A stretch of DNA of 64,000 bases from Takakia lepidozioides (lineage: Eukaryota; Plantae; Bryophyta): assembly GCA_030704615.1 (NCBI GenBank), contig CM060732.1:47368001-47432000 (forward strand). Direction: 5' to 3'. The notes under the pieces were generated by a model. The model searched no databases. It saw only the letters and a program-made list of their open reading frames with translations, and had not been told where the DNA came from. Of the stretch, positions 63,308-64,000 are shown piece after piece. The first letter of the stretch is position 1; every line of letters begins with the position of its first letter. Both the position numbers and the translations under genes were made by a program.

Positions 63308-64000
63308 CTGTAGCGTACCACCCAACATGAGTAATTTTGTCAGTCCTAACTAGAGTCTTAAAGGGTGATTGCAAACTAGAGTGGATCAAGAACTCCATAT
63401 CAAGAGTCCCTAGTGAGTGCGTAGATTGGCAAAAACAATTAGAGCAAAAACGGTTGGATTGATCTAGACCCTTAATTGACAATTTCAAAGCGTTTTCAAA
63501 TCGCAGATTTTGTACCAAGCCGGACATTATTTTGTCCATTAAACTTCTATCTGCCCTTCACCTAACATAAACTAATTCATAGAAGACTTTAAGAAACTCG
63601 CTATTTTGAAGGCTGAAAATAGTACGTCAATTATGTTTGACTTAATATTCTTGATTGGATGTTTCCATTCTAGTAGGTCATTCATCCCTCAAAGCACATA
63701 TGGACAAGTCCCTTTTATGATGAGTCCGATATAAAGCAAATCCAGACCACCCTTTTTTATGGACTGTAGGTTATTATGAACTTTTAACGAGATTCTATTT
63801 TTGGGTAATGAGATTTGGAACAGTGAAGGTGTATGTAGATGAGCATCTGTAGTCCCTTTTCACTAATAGCATTCTCATCTAGTTTCCATCTATTCTATGT
63901 ACAGAAAAACAAGTACTGTGAGAGCAATAAATGGACATTGTAGGTTCCACTCACCCTCAGAAATATCTCACCCTCAATATCTAGCTAAACTGTACGGAAC

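Overview
Repeat-dense eukaryotic DNA from a land plant. The gene content suggests a non-seed plant such as a bryophyte, lycophyte or fern; this is an inference. Left to right: piggyBac-like TTAA elements, a decayed hAT transposon, a 500-N gap, and a young non-chromoviral Ty3/gypsy LTR retrotransposon (~9.3-22.6 kb) with a large extra 3' ORF. The most unusual feature is a Mutator/MULE-like DNA transposon (~22.6-32.6 kb). Its GCM/WRKY-like-DDE-SWIM transposase lies head-to-head with a spliced gene for a ParB/Srx-like domain fused to a beta-class amino (N4C/N6A) DNA methyltransferase-like domain. The element's introns and right end carry about 17 copies of one 22-bp palindrome. A second, diverged and truncated element with the same gene layout lies at ~41.5-46.5 kb and carries about 20 copies of a different 30-bp palindrome. 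The rest holds LINE and Helentron-like remnants, a split 2OG-Fe(II) dioxygenase gene, a PPR fragment, a pogo-like MITE, an FtsH3/10-like pseudogene, and a damaged NRPS-like gene (FAD oxidase-FAAL-ACPx2-LbH-catalase-like-LbH) that runs off the right edge. All domain calls come from motif recognition by eye, not database searches. Many single-base frameshifts may be sequencing errors.
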